Position numbers and translations under genes: made by a program
Assembly (NCBI GenBank): GCA_038209745.1
Contig: JBBQXJ010000076.1
Location: forward strand, 1 to 23,405
Direction of reading: 5' to 3'
Source: Verrucomicrobiota bacterium
GTDB lineage: Bacteria; Verrucomicrobiota; Verrucomicrobiia; Limisphaerales; CANJSG01
Length of the DNA stretch: 23,405 nt
Notes under the pieces: generated by a model
What the model was told of the DNA's origin: nothing
Database searches by the model: none
The model's input: only the letters and a program-made list of their open reading frames with translations
Shown: one piece after another, positions 7,244-16,071 of the stretch
How the letters are laid out: each line of letters begins with the position of its first letter
Position numbering within the stretch: position 1 is the stretch's first letter

Positions 7244-8701
7244 ATGGCTCTTCAATTGTTACTCAGTGCGGGGCGAGTTGTATTCTGGTGGATCGCCGCC
7301 GGGATTCTATTGGTTACCCCTTGGCTGTTTGGAGGGATGAGTCTCCTCGGCATCAAGTGGATCATGTGGAGTGGTTGGCTCTGCCTCTTTCCGCTCGGAG
7401 TTTGGTTGGCCACCAGCGGAAAGCTCCACCCCGGTCCACAAAAAGGATTCTGGGTCGCCATCGTCTGCTGGAGCCTGCTCGCGGTCCAGATTTGGGCCAG
7501 CCTCCACAACCGCAGCCACACGATGCTCGCGCCTTGGACTACGACCTATCTTGTCTTTGAGCCCATAGAGCACAGCTACTACCTCCCGAGCACGGCGTTC
7601 TGGGGAGCGACCGAGCAAGGAGGGCTCTTCTACTTGGCTCTGGGTCTCCTCGCGTTGACGGCACATTGCTTGGGTTTTGAACGGAAAGCATTCCGTCGTC
7701 TCCTGGGTTTGTTCGTGCTGAACGCTGCGGTCCTGGCGGCAATCGGCATCCCCTTCAAATACTCGGGTGAAAAGCTGATCTTGGGGAAATGGGAGTTCCA
7801 AGAGTGGTATTTCTATTCCACGTTCTACTACCACAACCACTGGGCGGCATTCGTCCTTTTGGCGCTGGGAGCGGCGATGTCGCTCTTCGTCGGGACCCGT
7901 TCCGGCACAGTCCGAACCCTGCTCGTTCTGACAATGTCGTTGCTGTTGGTCTCGCTGGGGGTCGCCAAGACGCGTCTGGGGTGCCTAATGGGACTGGGTT
8001 TGGTCATCGCTTTCTGCTTCAAACTCCGAAAGGACAAGAGCATTCGACTCCCCACGATCCGTTGGATGATTGGCGGTTTTCTTTCCCTGTTTGTGATGGG
8101 AGGCGCAGTTTTCTGGTGGCAGTCGCGAGAAGGCAGCGACTCGTCAGGAGGTCGCCAATGGGAATCACTGATTCAATCCAACCCAATTGGTGTCCGTGGC
8201 ACTCTGTTTGCCGACACACTTCCAATGGTCGGAAGAAAGCCGCTGTTTGGCTGGGGATTGAACGCCTACGGAGCCGCCTTTCAAGGGTTTCAAAGATCGG
8301 AGAGCATTTCCCTCCACAACGGCACTCCGACCCGCTACGAACACCCTCACAATGACTGGCTCGAAAGGATCGCCGAACTCGGATTGATCGGCTCGACATT
8401 GTTCTGGCTCCCTGGCTGGCTGTGGTTTCGGGAGGCAAAAGCGCTCAAAGCATACAGTCCCGGAAGATTCCCCCTGATTCTAGGGTGCTGTGCCCTGATG
8501 CTGTTCGCTTTGTGCGACATGGCATTCGCCAACAACGCAGTCTGCAGCGGGTTTGCAGTGCTTTGGGCAGCAGCCACAAGCTATCGAGGTTCCGACTCCG
8601 CCAAATATGGTTCGGCCAACGAGCGATCACTTTCTGCAACCGAATCAAAATCAGGCTTGAATCCCAAGCGGCCAAAAAGTAGACATATGTCCAGAAGTTA
8701 G
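7244..8701 (+). CDS. O-antigen ligase / Wzy_C family polytopic membrane protein (WaaL or O-oligosaccharyltransferase-like)
   Basis: Many hydrophobic segments; STFYYHNHWAAF, KTRLG, R..LFADTLPMVGRKPLFGWGLNAY, HPHNDWLERIAELGLIG. Confidence 0.85.
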   Translation: MALQLLLSAGRVVFWWIAAGILLVTPWLFGGMSLLGIKWIMWSGWLCLFPLGVWLATSGKLHPGPQKGFWVAIVCWSLLAVQIWASLHNRSHTMLAPWTTTYLVFEPIEHSYYLPSTAFWGATEQGGLFYLALGLLALTAHCLGFERKAFRRLLGLFVLNAAVLAAIGIPFKYSGEKLILGKWEFQEWYFYSTFYYHNHWAAFVLLALGAAMSLFVGTRSGTVRTLLVLTMSLLLVSLGVAKTRLGCLMGLGLVIAFCFKLRKDKSIRLPTIRWMIGGFLSLFVMGGAVFWWQSREGSDSSGGRQWESLIQSNPIGVRGTLFADTLPMVGRKPLFGWGLNAYGAAFQGFQRSESISLHNGTPTRYEHPHNDWLERIAELGLIGSTLFWLPGWLWFREAKALKAYSPGRFPLILGCCALMLFALCDMAFANNAVCSGFAVLWAAATSYRGSDSAKYGSANERSLSATESKSGLNPKRPKSRHMSRS

Positions 8702-8708
8702 AAAAACT

Positions 8709-8969
8709 ATGAAAACCACCAAACTATCCCTCTTGATCTTGGTTTTGGTCGCCTGCTCGATGACAGCCACAGCGGCCTTTCATCCGATCACCAAGTGCAC
8801 TTCTTTGACCTTTACAAAAGGGAATGTCAGCATAACCGTTTCTGCTCCCGTTGGAAACGCTGCCTGGGTCATCCCTGGAACGGTCAACAACGGTAATTGG
8901 ACCGTGAAGGACTGCAACCAAGTAACGCTTGGTACCTATAACGCCAATAACGGGACTTTTACTCCCTAA
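8709..8969 (+). CDS. Small exported protein, 86 aa (signal peptide, Thr/Asn-rich, Cys30/Cys69)
   Basis: Starts 7 nt after the ligase stop. MKTTKLSLLILVLVACSMTATAA signal (AxA site; LVAC also fits a lipobox). Beta-strand-like mature part, followed by a terminator-like hairpin. Confidence 0.75.
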   Translation: MKTTKLSLLILVLVACSMTATAAFHPITKCTSLTFTKGNVSITVSAPVGNAAWVIPGTVNNGNWTVKDCNQVTLGTYNANNGTFTP

Positions 8970-8993
8970 TTTCAGGCCAGATTTTGATCGGAC

Positions 8994-9021
8994 AAAGCCA
9001 ACCTGCTTCAGGTCGGCTTTT
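8994..9021. terminator. Probable bidirectional intrinsic terminator between convergent cassette genes
   Basis: AAAGCCAACCTG-CTT-CAGGTCGGCTTTT. 12-bp stem with one A/C mismatch on + that is a G-U pair on -. Confidence 0.6.
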
Positions 9022-9082
9022 CTGTTGTCCGGTTCCAACGGTGAAGTTGGTCTCAAAGATGAGCAACCCCTGAATCTAGAGT

Positions 9083-10465
9083 TCAGGTTCCGTAATTCTT
9101 CGAGCTGCAAGCCAAACCCAGCAAAAGCACCAGCCAGAGCTGGATTCCAGGACATTGCAAAGGGAAGTCCACGGTCGAATGGATCAACACCCCGACACCC
9201 GCCCAAGCCATCCCGTCGAAGGAAAGGTCAAACCGGATCGGAAAAATCGAACCCGCCCCCGCCAACAGCAAAAGTCCGCCCCATCCCAGCAGAGCCACCC
9301 AACCCCACTCCGCAGCGGTTTGGAGAGGGTCGTTGTGAATGAACTGCCGGGCATGGAAAAACGTGTTTACCAGCGGGTCGTTGGAGTAGGTGGCAGACAA
9401 GTTCGCCCAGGTTCCCGGACCTCTTCCCAGCAGCGGATAGTCGGCCGCCATCCGCAGCCCCGCCAACCAAAGCGTCGGACGCACCGGGGAGTCTGAGGGG
9501 ATAATCGCATCTCCGCGTTGACGGCTGAGACCTTCCAAACGCCCATCCCGCATTTCAGCACCCTGGATGGTTTGAGCTGATCCCTTCCACCCGTCGGGAA
9601 ACTGCTTCATCACCTTCCAGACTTCGATTCCCTGCCAGATACCGATCACCAGAAACGTGCCGCCTACGGCCGCAATCAAATTGCGGCGAATGGTCAATCC
9701 GTGCCGGAACAACCAAGGCCAACCGAATCCCACAGCGGCCAAGCCCAGAGCCACGGCCAGTCCTGCCGCCGAACCCAGGGGAATCAACGCCGCCAACACC
9801 AACGATAGGATCACCGTCTGGAAGATGAGACGCTTTCCGTTCTTGTCTCCAATCCACTTCGGCGGTGGGCCGAAGACGATCAACGGCCACGCAAGGTTGA
9901 TGCAGGCTGCCGTAGCACTGTAGTGGAAAAAGGAGGCGTTGAACCATTCCGGGGTTCCTTCGATCAGGGCCCAAGGGACCAGCGGCAGCCCCAAGAATCG
10001 CTGGGCCAGTGAATAGACGGCCACCGCCAGTCCAGAGACTCCGATTGTCGCAAGCAGTGATCGCCGAAACGTCTCGGAAGCGGCCAGTCGGGACACCGCA
10101 AGCAACCCGAGCAGGCACGATGCGATGAAGACCGACCGCTGCGCCCAAGGCAGAGCGATGAATCCGGCAGGGTTGCTGGCTTCAAGGCGATGATACAAAC
10201 GCTCCGAAAACGGCGTCGCGAATTGCGGTTCTCCTCGGATCGCAAATACGAGCAGGCACAGCAAGAGGAAACCCACTAGGCAATTGAGGAGGCTCACTCT
10301 GAACACCCGCTGCGGAGCACTGATAGAAACCAGTAGGAAGGCTCCGGCCATCATCACACAAGCAACCCAAGGAACGCCCGGAATTCGACTGCGCGCACCA
10401 AGCAACCAAGGAGCCAAGGCGGCGCAGATCAAGATGAACCATGAGGCTGCGCGATTGTAAGTCAT
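9083..10465 (-). CDS. Second O-antigen ligase / Wzy_C family polytopic membrane protein
   Basis: RPTLWLAGLRMAADYPLLGRGPGTW, FIHNDPLQTAAEWGW, IHSTVDFPLQCPG, many TM segments. Start ATG 10465 (alternative GTG 10477). Confidence 0.83.
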   Translation of the reverse strand: MTYNRAASWFILICAALAPWLLGARSRIPGVPWVACVMMAGAFLLVSISAPQRVFRVSLLNCLVGFLLLCLLVFAIRGEPQFATPFSERLYHRLEASNPAGFIALPWAQRSVFIASCLLGLLAVSRLAASETFRRSLLATIGVSGLAVAVYSLAQRFLGLPLVPWALIEGTPEWFNASFFHYSATAACINLAWPLIVFGPPPKWIGDKNGKRLIFQTVILSLVLAALIPLGSAAGLAVALGLAAVGFGWPWLFRHGLTIRRNLIAAVGGTFLVIGIWQGIEVWKVMKQFPDGWKGSAQTIQGAEMRDGRLEGLSRQRGDAIIPSDSPVRPTLWLAGLRMAADYPLLGRGPGTWANLSATYSNDPLVNTFFHARQFIHNDPLQTAAEWGWVALLGWGGLLLLAGAGSIFPIRFDLSFDGMAWAGVGVLIHSTVDFPLQCPGIQLWLVLLLGLACSSKNYGT

Positions 10466-10507
10466 AGTTCCAATCACTGTCGCGCCCTCAACCGGCCCCG
10501 GTTCCCG

Positions 10508-10515
10508 CTGAAAAG
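10508..10515 (+). repeat. Right copy of the 8-bp direct repeat CTGAAAAG
   Basis: Identical to 7219-7226; lies 11 nt from the metF stop codon. Confidence 0.4.
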
Positions 10516-10526
10516 CAGATTATAGC

Positions 10527-11414
10527 TTAGGCCAATCCGAGGTTACCGAGCACGGCGGCCGTCGAGGGCACTTTGTTCAGGGTGTAGAAGTGGAGTCCCG
10601 GCACGCCTTCGCGGATAAGTTCCTCGCACTGTTTCGTGGCGTATTCGACCCCAAATTGGGCGCAGCCTTCGTCGTCTGCGGCGAGCTCATCCAGTCGGGA
10701 CTTGAGGGCTGCCGGGATGGTGGCCCCGCAGAGCTGGCAGAAACGTTGCACCTGTCCCGAACCAAGGATTGGCAGAATCCCCGCCGTCAACGGAACCGTG
10801 ACTCCGAGTTTGACCAGATAGTCCCGGAAACGGAGGAAGTCCGCGTTGTCGAAAAAGAGCTGCGTCACAACGAAGTCCGCCCCGCGGTCGATCTTGGCTT
10901 TGAGCCGCTGCCAGTCGACGTCACGGCCTTCCATGCAGGCGATGTGGCCTTCGGGGAATCCCGCCGTGCCGACGCTGAAGCCGCCCATTTCGTGCAGGAA
11001 TCCGACCAGCTGATGGGAGTATTCGAAGCCACCCTCCGTGGCCTTGAATTCGCCGGTGCCGCCCGGAGGGTCTCCGCGGAGGGCGAGCAGATTGCGGATA
11101 CCGCGGGCATGGGCTTCGGTCACAACCGCGCGGATTTCGTCCTGGGTCGCATTGACACAGGTCAAATGCATCAAGGCGGCTAGATGGTGCTCGTCTTGGA
11201 TGCGCGACGCGATGGCGAGGGTCTTCTCACGGGTGCTGCCGCCAGCGCCGTAGGTCACGGAACAGTAGTCGGGCTTGAGGGCCATCAACCCTGGCAACGT
11301 CTTTTCAAACAGGTTCCTGTCCCCTTCCTCGGTCTTCGGAGGGAAGAACTCGAAGGAGATGACCGGCCGGCTCCCGGACTGGCGCTCGGAATGGATGTCC
11401 CGGATGAATCGCAT
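10527..11414 (-). CDS. metF: 5,10-methylenetetrahydrofolate reductase
   Basis: ISFEFFPPKT, SVTYGAGGSTR, MHLTCV, LALRGDPP, GFPEGH, VTQLFFDN, GLHFYTLNK. Start placed at ATG 11414. Confidence 0.97.
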   Translation of the reverse strand: MRFIRDIHSERQSGSRPVISFEFFPPKTEEGDRNLFEKTLPGLMALKPDYCSVTYGAGGSTREKTLAIASRIQDEHHLAALMHLTCVNATQDEIRAVVTEAHARGIRNLLALRGDPPGGTGEFKATEGGFEYSHQLVGFLHEMGGFSVGTAGFPEGHIACMEGRDVDWQRLKAKIDRGADFVVTQLFFDNADFLRFRDYLVKLGVTVPLTAGILPILGSGQVQRFCQLCGATIPAALKSRLDELAADDEGCAQFGVEYATKQCEELIREGVPGLHFYTLNKVPSTAAVLGNLGLA

Positions 11415-11452
11415 GTTCTTAAGAGTGTGCCGGGGCTCCCGGATGAAGCGCA
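11398..11452. repeat. 16-bp imperfect direct repeat duplicating the metF start region, 39 nt apart (in frame)
   Basis: TCCCGGATGAATCGCA (11398-11413) and TCCCGGATGAAGCGCA (11437-11452); on the minus strand these encode MRFIRD and (TTG)RFIRE. Confidence 0.7.
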
Positions 11453-11642
11453 AGCCGACTGTGGCGGCCAGTCGTTCTACGTCTCAAAGAACTCCGCGAT
11501 CCAGTTCTTCGGGGTGAATTACCAGCGATGTCACAGCGAGCCTCCCGAGTCGAGGGCCGGAACCTGCCAGCGCCAACCTTCACGGAAAGCAGTTGACCCG
11601 TCCGGGCAGCGGGCCTTTCAATGACGCGGTCTAGTCATTTTC

Positions 11643-12668
11643 ATGCTGGCCCAACTTAAAAGCCTTTTTTCCAACGATATCGGCATCGATCTCGGGACAG
11701 CCAACTCCCTCGTTTACGTTCGGGACCGAGGCATTGTCCTGCGTGAACCGTCCGTGGTGGCCATTCAGGCCGGCACCACCAACGTCCTCGCCGTCGGTGA
11801 AGAAGCCAAGAGGATGTTGGGGCGCACTCCGGGGAACATCGTGGCCATTCGGCCGATGAAGGACGGCGTCATCGCCGACTTCGAGATCACCGAGGCGATG
11901 CTGCGGCATTTCATCCAGAAAGTGCACCACCGCAAGCTGATCGCACCCCGAGTCGTCGTCGCCGTTCCGTCCGGGATCACTGAAGTGGAGAAACGCGCCG
12001 TCAAGGACTCGGCCACCCATGCTGGAGCGCGGGAAGTCTACCTGATCGAACAGCCGATGGCCTCGGCCATCGGGGTCGGGCTCCCGGTGCATGAACCCGC
12101 CGGCAACATGATTGTCGACATCGGTGGTGGCACCTGCGAAATCGCGATCATATCGCTCGCGGGCATCGTCTTCAGCCGCAGCCTGAGGGTTGGCGGGGAC
12201 GAATTTGACGAAACCATCGTTGGCCACATGAAACGGGCCTACAATTTGATGATCGGTGAACGCACAGCGGAGGAGATCAAGATCAGGATCGGATCCGCCT
12301 TTCCGCTGGAGCAGGAATTAACCATGGAAGTGAAGGGTCGCGACCTCGCGTCCGGACTCCCGAAGACCATTACCATCAGGTCCGAGGAAATCCGCGAATC
12401 CCTCAAAGAACCTCTTACGAGCATCCTCGAATCCATCCGTCTCACTCTCGAACGCTGCCCGCCCGAACTGGCGGCCGACCTCGTCGACCGTGGCATGGTC
12501 ATGGCCGGCGGCGGTGCGCTGCTGCGCGGCATTGACCGACTTGTGGCGGAGGAGACCGGCCTGCCGGTCCACATCGCCGAAAGTCCGCTGACGGCCGTGG
12601 CGGAGGGAACCGGAAGGGTGCTCAGTGAGCTTCAGTTCCTCAAACGGGTGGCTTCATCCAAGGGTTGA
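11643..12668 (+). CDS. mreB: Rod shape-determining protein MreB
   Basis: [48 protein letters not shown]. Confidence 0.98.
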   Translation: MLAQLKSLFSNDIGIDLGTANSLVYVRDRGIVLREPSVVAIQAGTTNVLAVGEEAKRMLGRTPGNIVAIRPMKDGVIADFEITEAMLRHFIQKVHHRKLIAPRVVVAVPSGITEVEKRAVKDSATHAGAREVYLIEQPMASAIGVGLPVHEPAGNMIVDIGGGTCEIAIISLAGIVFSRSLRVGGDEFDETIVGHMKRAYNLMIGERTAEEIKIRIGSAFPLEQELTMEVKGRDLASGLPKTITIRSEEIRESLKEPLTSILESIRLTLERCPPELAADLVDRGMVMAGGGALLRGIDRLVAEETGLPVHIAESPLTAVAEGTGRVLSELQFLKRVASSKG

Positions 12669-12705
12669 TTCTTGGTCCACGTTCGCCCCGGCCCCACCGG
12701 CGGCG

Positions 12706-13530
12706 ATGCTGAAAAAGACGCATTACATCGCATTTACGGTCGTTCTGGCGCTTGTGCTCGCATTGCTCAAGTTGCCGGACCAAACGTCTGCGCGTTTCAA
12801 ACTCGCCGTCAGCTCGCTCTTCCTGCCGCTTTTTGGCGCTTCAACCGCCGTTGGCCGCGTGGCCGATGCGACCGGCATCGCCGTCCAGCCCAAGTCCTAC
12901 ATCGTTCGGCAAAACGAAGTCCTCCGCAAAGAAAACGCCGACCTCCGCCTCCTCCAACAGCAGGCCAACGAACTTCTCGCCGAAAACCAGCGCCTGCGGC
13001 AATCCGTTGGCTGGCAGAAGCAACTTCCGTGGAAATCCCGCCTCGGGCAGGTCATCGCCCGCGATCCCGCGACCTGGTGGCACACGATTCAGATTGATCT
13101 CGGGAGCCGTGATGGCGTCCAACTCAACATGCCCGTTTTGACCAACCAGAGACCCGACGGCCGCATCGCGCTCGTCGGGAAAGTCACGGTTGTCGGCGAA
13201 TCGCGCTCCCGGGTGGTCCTGCTCGGTGATCCCAAGCTGCGCGTCGCAGCTCTGGTGCAGGAGACACGTGATCAAGGCGTCGTCGGCCCCGGCAAAGGAG
13301 CGGCGCTGAGCACGGATTTCGTCGAACTCGGCTACCTTTCTCGCAACAGCATTCTTAAACCGGGCCAAACCGTCGTCACCAGCGGGGACGGTGGACTCTT
13401 CCCCAAGGGTATTCTCATCGGCACCGTCGTCGACTCCCAGTCGGTCGACTATGGGATGTCTTTCGATGCCCGGGTCAAACTGGCGGCGGACTTCGGTAAA
13501 CTCGAGGAAGTATGGGTGATCCAGCCATGA
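12706..13530 (+). CDS. mreC: Rod shape-determining protein MreC
   Basis: N-terminal TM, coiled coil (LRKENADL..ENQRLR), VIARDP..W..IQIDLGS.DG, LVGKV, TSGDGGLFPKGILIG; follows mreB. Start ATG 12706. Confidence 0.93.
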   Translation: MLKKTHYIAFTVVLALVLALLKLPDQTSARFKLAVSSLFLPLFGASTAVGRVADATGIAVQPKSYIVRQNEVLRKENADLRLLQQQANELLAENQRLRQSVGWQKQLPWKSRLGQVIARDPATWWHTIQIDLGSRDGVQLNMPVLTNQRPDGRIALVGKVTVVGESRSRVVLLGDPKLRVAALVQETRDQGVVGPGKGAALSTDFVELGYLSRNSILKPGQTVVTSGDGGLFPKGILIGTVVDSQSVDYGMSFDARVKLAADFGKLEEVWVIQP

Positions 13531-14078
13531 CATGGACCCAACCCACTCTTTTGCTGCTGACCGCGTTCCTCGGAGTGTGGGCGGAAACGCAGTTTCTGCT
13601 CTTCCGGAACGTTCTTGGCGCACCTCTCCACATTCTGCCATCGCTCGTTGTGGTCACGGCCCTGCAATCCAGCACCCGCATGACCGCCCTTCTCTCCGTG
13701 CTCGGAGGATTGTGGTTCGACTCCTTTTCAGACAACCCGCTCGGGGTCACGATCCTTCCGCTTTTCGCGGTCGGCATAGGGATCCGCAGCTTCGAGGCGC
13801 TCCTGTTGCGAGACTTGCCGTATGCCCAGGTTCTGCTCGGAACCGCCGCCGGGGTGCTTGTCCCGCTCCTGACGCTGGCCATCCTGTTGACCTTGGGGCT
13901 GAACCCGGCCCTCGGCTGGGCCACCTACTGGCAACTGGCGGTGATGGGCGCGTCCGGAGGCCTGATCACTCCGCTGCTGGTTCACGTCTTTGTCCGGGTG
14001 GACCGCGCGTTGAACTACCCCGCAATGGTCGAATCCAGCTTCCGACCCGACCGCGAAATCAAGCGAGGGCGCCTCTGA
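13527..14078 (+). CDS. mreD: Rod shape-determining protein MreD (membrane protein)
   Basis: Very hydrophobic, GGLWFDSFS.NPLG motif, ATGA overlap with mreC, positioned between mreC and pbp2. Confidence 0.85.
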   Translation: MTWTQPTLLLLTAFLGVWAETQFLLFRNVLGAPLHILPSLVVVTALQSSTRMTALLSVLGGLWFDSFSDNPLGVTILPLFAVGIGIRSFEALLLRDLPYAQVLLGTAAGVLVPLLTLAILLTLGLNPALGWATYWQLAVMGASGGLITPLLVHVFVRVDRALNYPAMVESSFRPDREIKRGRL

Positions 14079-14079
14079 G

Positions 14080-16071
14080 ATGCTGATCTTCGACCAACTG
14101 AAGAAAGACGACACTCCGCTGCGCGCGATCGCGACGGCCGTGCTCCTCTGCATGATCCTGCTCGTCGCAGGCCTCTGGAAGGTCCAGATCGTCTCGGCCA
14201 AGAAGCACGAAACAGATCTCCGCAACCAAACCTTCCGCTCGGTCCGCGTGCCGGGAGTTCGCGGCAAGATCCTCGACCGGAACGGCTACGTGCTCGCCGA
14301 AAACGGTCCCCGCTACGACGTCAACCTCTACCTCGAGGAACTCCCGCCCTATTTCAACTTCGAATACACCAACACCGTCAAACCCGCCTTCAAGGCCGCC
14401 CACCCCGACACTGCCATCCGCGGCGCGGTCCGCGCCCGCCTCTCCGCCGAAGCCCGATACCGCGTCGCCAGCAATCTCCTCAGCCGGGTCAGCTTAGACC
14501 TCCAGGAGCCCATGATCCTGGATCCTAAACGCTTCCACCGACACTACGAGTCCCAGCCCTATGTCCCCTTCCCGTTGGTCTCGGATCTCACACGCAAACA
14601 GGTCGCTCGTTTCGTCGAACTCGCCTCCGATCTTCCCGGAGTCGAACTGGAGACCCAGGCCATCCGCACCTATCCCAACGGCGGCACCGCCTGCCACCTC
14701 CTCGGCTACGTCCAACGCACGGACAAGTTCGAGGACGAGGACATCAATTATCGCTACTACCTGACTGATTTCATCGGTCGCACCGGCATCGAAGCCATGT
14801 ATGACGACCTCCTGCGCGGAAAGCCCGGCACCAAGTCGCTGCTCGTAAACCATCTTGGCTACCGCCAGAGCGAAGAGATGGTCCGCCTCCCTGAACCGGG
14901 CAACGACGTCCATTTGACCGTCGATCTTCCGATCCAAATCGCCACCGAAAAAGCCCTGTCCGAAGCCATGCCCAATGTCCGCGGAGCGGCTGTCGTGGTC
15001 GATGTCCGCAGCGGCGACATCATCTCGATGGTCTCGCTGCCCGGATTCGATCCATCGCTCTACGTTCGCGGCATGACGCATGAGCAATACGCCGTGCTGC
15101 AAGACCCGAAGACGACTCCGATGCTCAATCGCGCCGTCTACGGCGCCTACCATCCTGGGTCCATCCTCAAGATCGCCACCAGCATTGCCTGCTTGGAGAG
15201 CGGGCTCGATCCCAACGCGAAGTTTACCGTCGAACCAAATCCTTCGCGCCCTTCGAAAGGCGCCATCTTCATCGGCAAACGCAAAGTCGAGGACACCGCC
15301 GCGCCCGGCAACGACTATGACTTCGAGAAGGCTTTCATCAAATCGAGCAACAGCTACTTCATCCACAACGGGCTTCTCGCCGGGTTCAAGAGTCTGGTCG
15401 ACGTGGGGCTCCGGTTCCATTTGGGCGAACTGACGGAAATCTTCGATCCGAAAATGCACCAGGAGGCCGCCGGCATCTATCCGGACCTGGACGAAGAGAA
15501 AGACTGGAACGCGGGCAAGGTCGCCGACCTCTGCATTGGACAACAGGTCGATGTGACAGTCCTCCAGATGGCCCTGATGACCGCCGCCGTCGCCAACGGC
15601 GGCAATGTTTTCTGGCCGCGGCTCGTCGCAAAAATCCAGCCGAGCGACACCCTCAAGCTCGACGCGGAAGCCATCAACTTCGCGCCCAGAGTCCGATCAA
15701 ACGCCCGTCTCAATCCCGAACATCTCCGCCTGATCCATACCGCGATGCTCGCCGACGTGGAGAACACCAAGGCCGACCAAGACGGCGAAGGGACCGGGAA
15801 ACAGGCCCGGATCTCCGGATTTCACATCGGTGGCAAGACCGGCACCGCCGAACGCGCGGTGCCGGGAGGCAAGGATCATTTCACTTGGTTCACCTCCTTC
15901 GCCCCCGTTGAGAGCCCGCGCTATGCGGTGGTCGTGCTGGTGGTCAGCGGAAGCTCCGGTGGCGGCACCTGCGCCCCGGTCGCCCGCAAGATCTACGAAG
16001 CCATCATCCGCCGGGAAAACGACGCCAGCCTCGCCTCCACCGTCGGCCGTCCGGCTTCCCCTACCCAATGA
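14080..16071 (+). CDS. mrdA: Penicillin-binding protein 2 (class B transpeptidase)
   Basis: N-terminal TM, RGKILDRNG, R.YP.G, G.TGIE..YD, SxxK (GSILK), SxN (KSSN), KTG (GGKTGTA). Confidence 0.95.
   Translation: MLIFDQLKKDDTPLRAIATAVLLCMILLVAGLWKVQIVSAKKHETDLRNQTFRSVRVPGVRGKILDRNGYVLAENGPRYDVNLYLEELPPYFNFEYTNTVKPAFKAAHPDTAIRGAVRARLSAEARYRVASNLLSRVSLDLQEPMILDPKRFHRHYESQPYVPFPLVSDLTRKQVARFVELASDLPGVELETQAIRTYPNGGTACHLLGYVQRTDKFEDEDINYRYYLTDFIGRTGIEAMYDDLLRGKPGTKSLLVNHLGYRQSEEMVRLPEPGNDVHLTVDLPIQIATEKALSEAMPNVRGAAVVVDVRSGDIISMVSLPGFDPSLYVRGMTHEQYAVLQDPKTTPMLNRAVYGAYHPGSILKIATSIACLESGLDPNAKFTVEPNPSRPSKGAIFIGKRKVEDTAAPGNDYDFEKAFIKSSNSYFIHNGLLAGFKSLVDVGLRFHLGELTEIFDPKMHQEAAGIYPDLDEEKDWNAGKVADLCIGQQVDVTVLQMALMTAAVANGGNVFWPRLVAKIQPSDTLKLDAEAINFAPRVRSNARLNPEHLRLIHTAMLADVENTKADQDGEGTGKQARISGFHIGGKTGTAERAVPGGKDHFTWFTSFAPVESPRYAVVVLVVSGSSGGGTCAPVARKIYEAIIRRENDASLASTVGRPASPTQ

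Noticed and set aside
7219..10515. Integron cassette array or transposon interpretation of the low-GC block
   Set aside because: The genes are convergent, and no attC-like sites, terminal inverted repeats or recombinase were seen.
11593..11622. TTGACC-N17/18-TTCAAT promoter candidate for mreB
   Set aside because: Plausible, but the -10 is poor and it cannot be supported without TSS data.
11415..11642. Known SAM-I, SAH, SAM-SAH or ZMP riboswitch upstream of metF
   Set aside because: I could not match their conserved cores on the minus strand by eye; only generic hairpins were seen.
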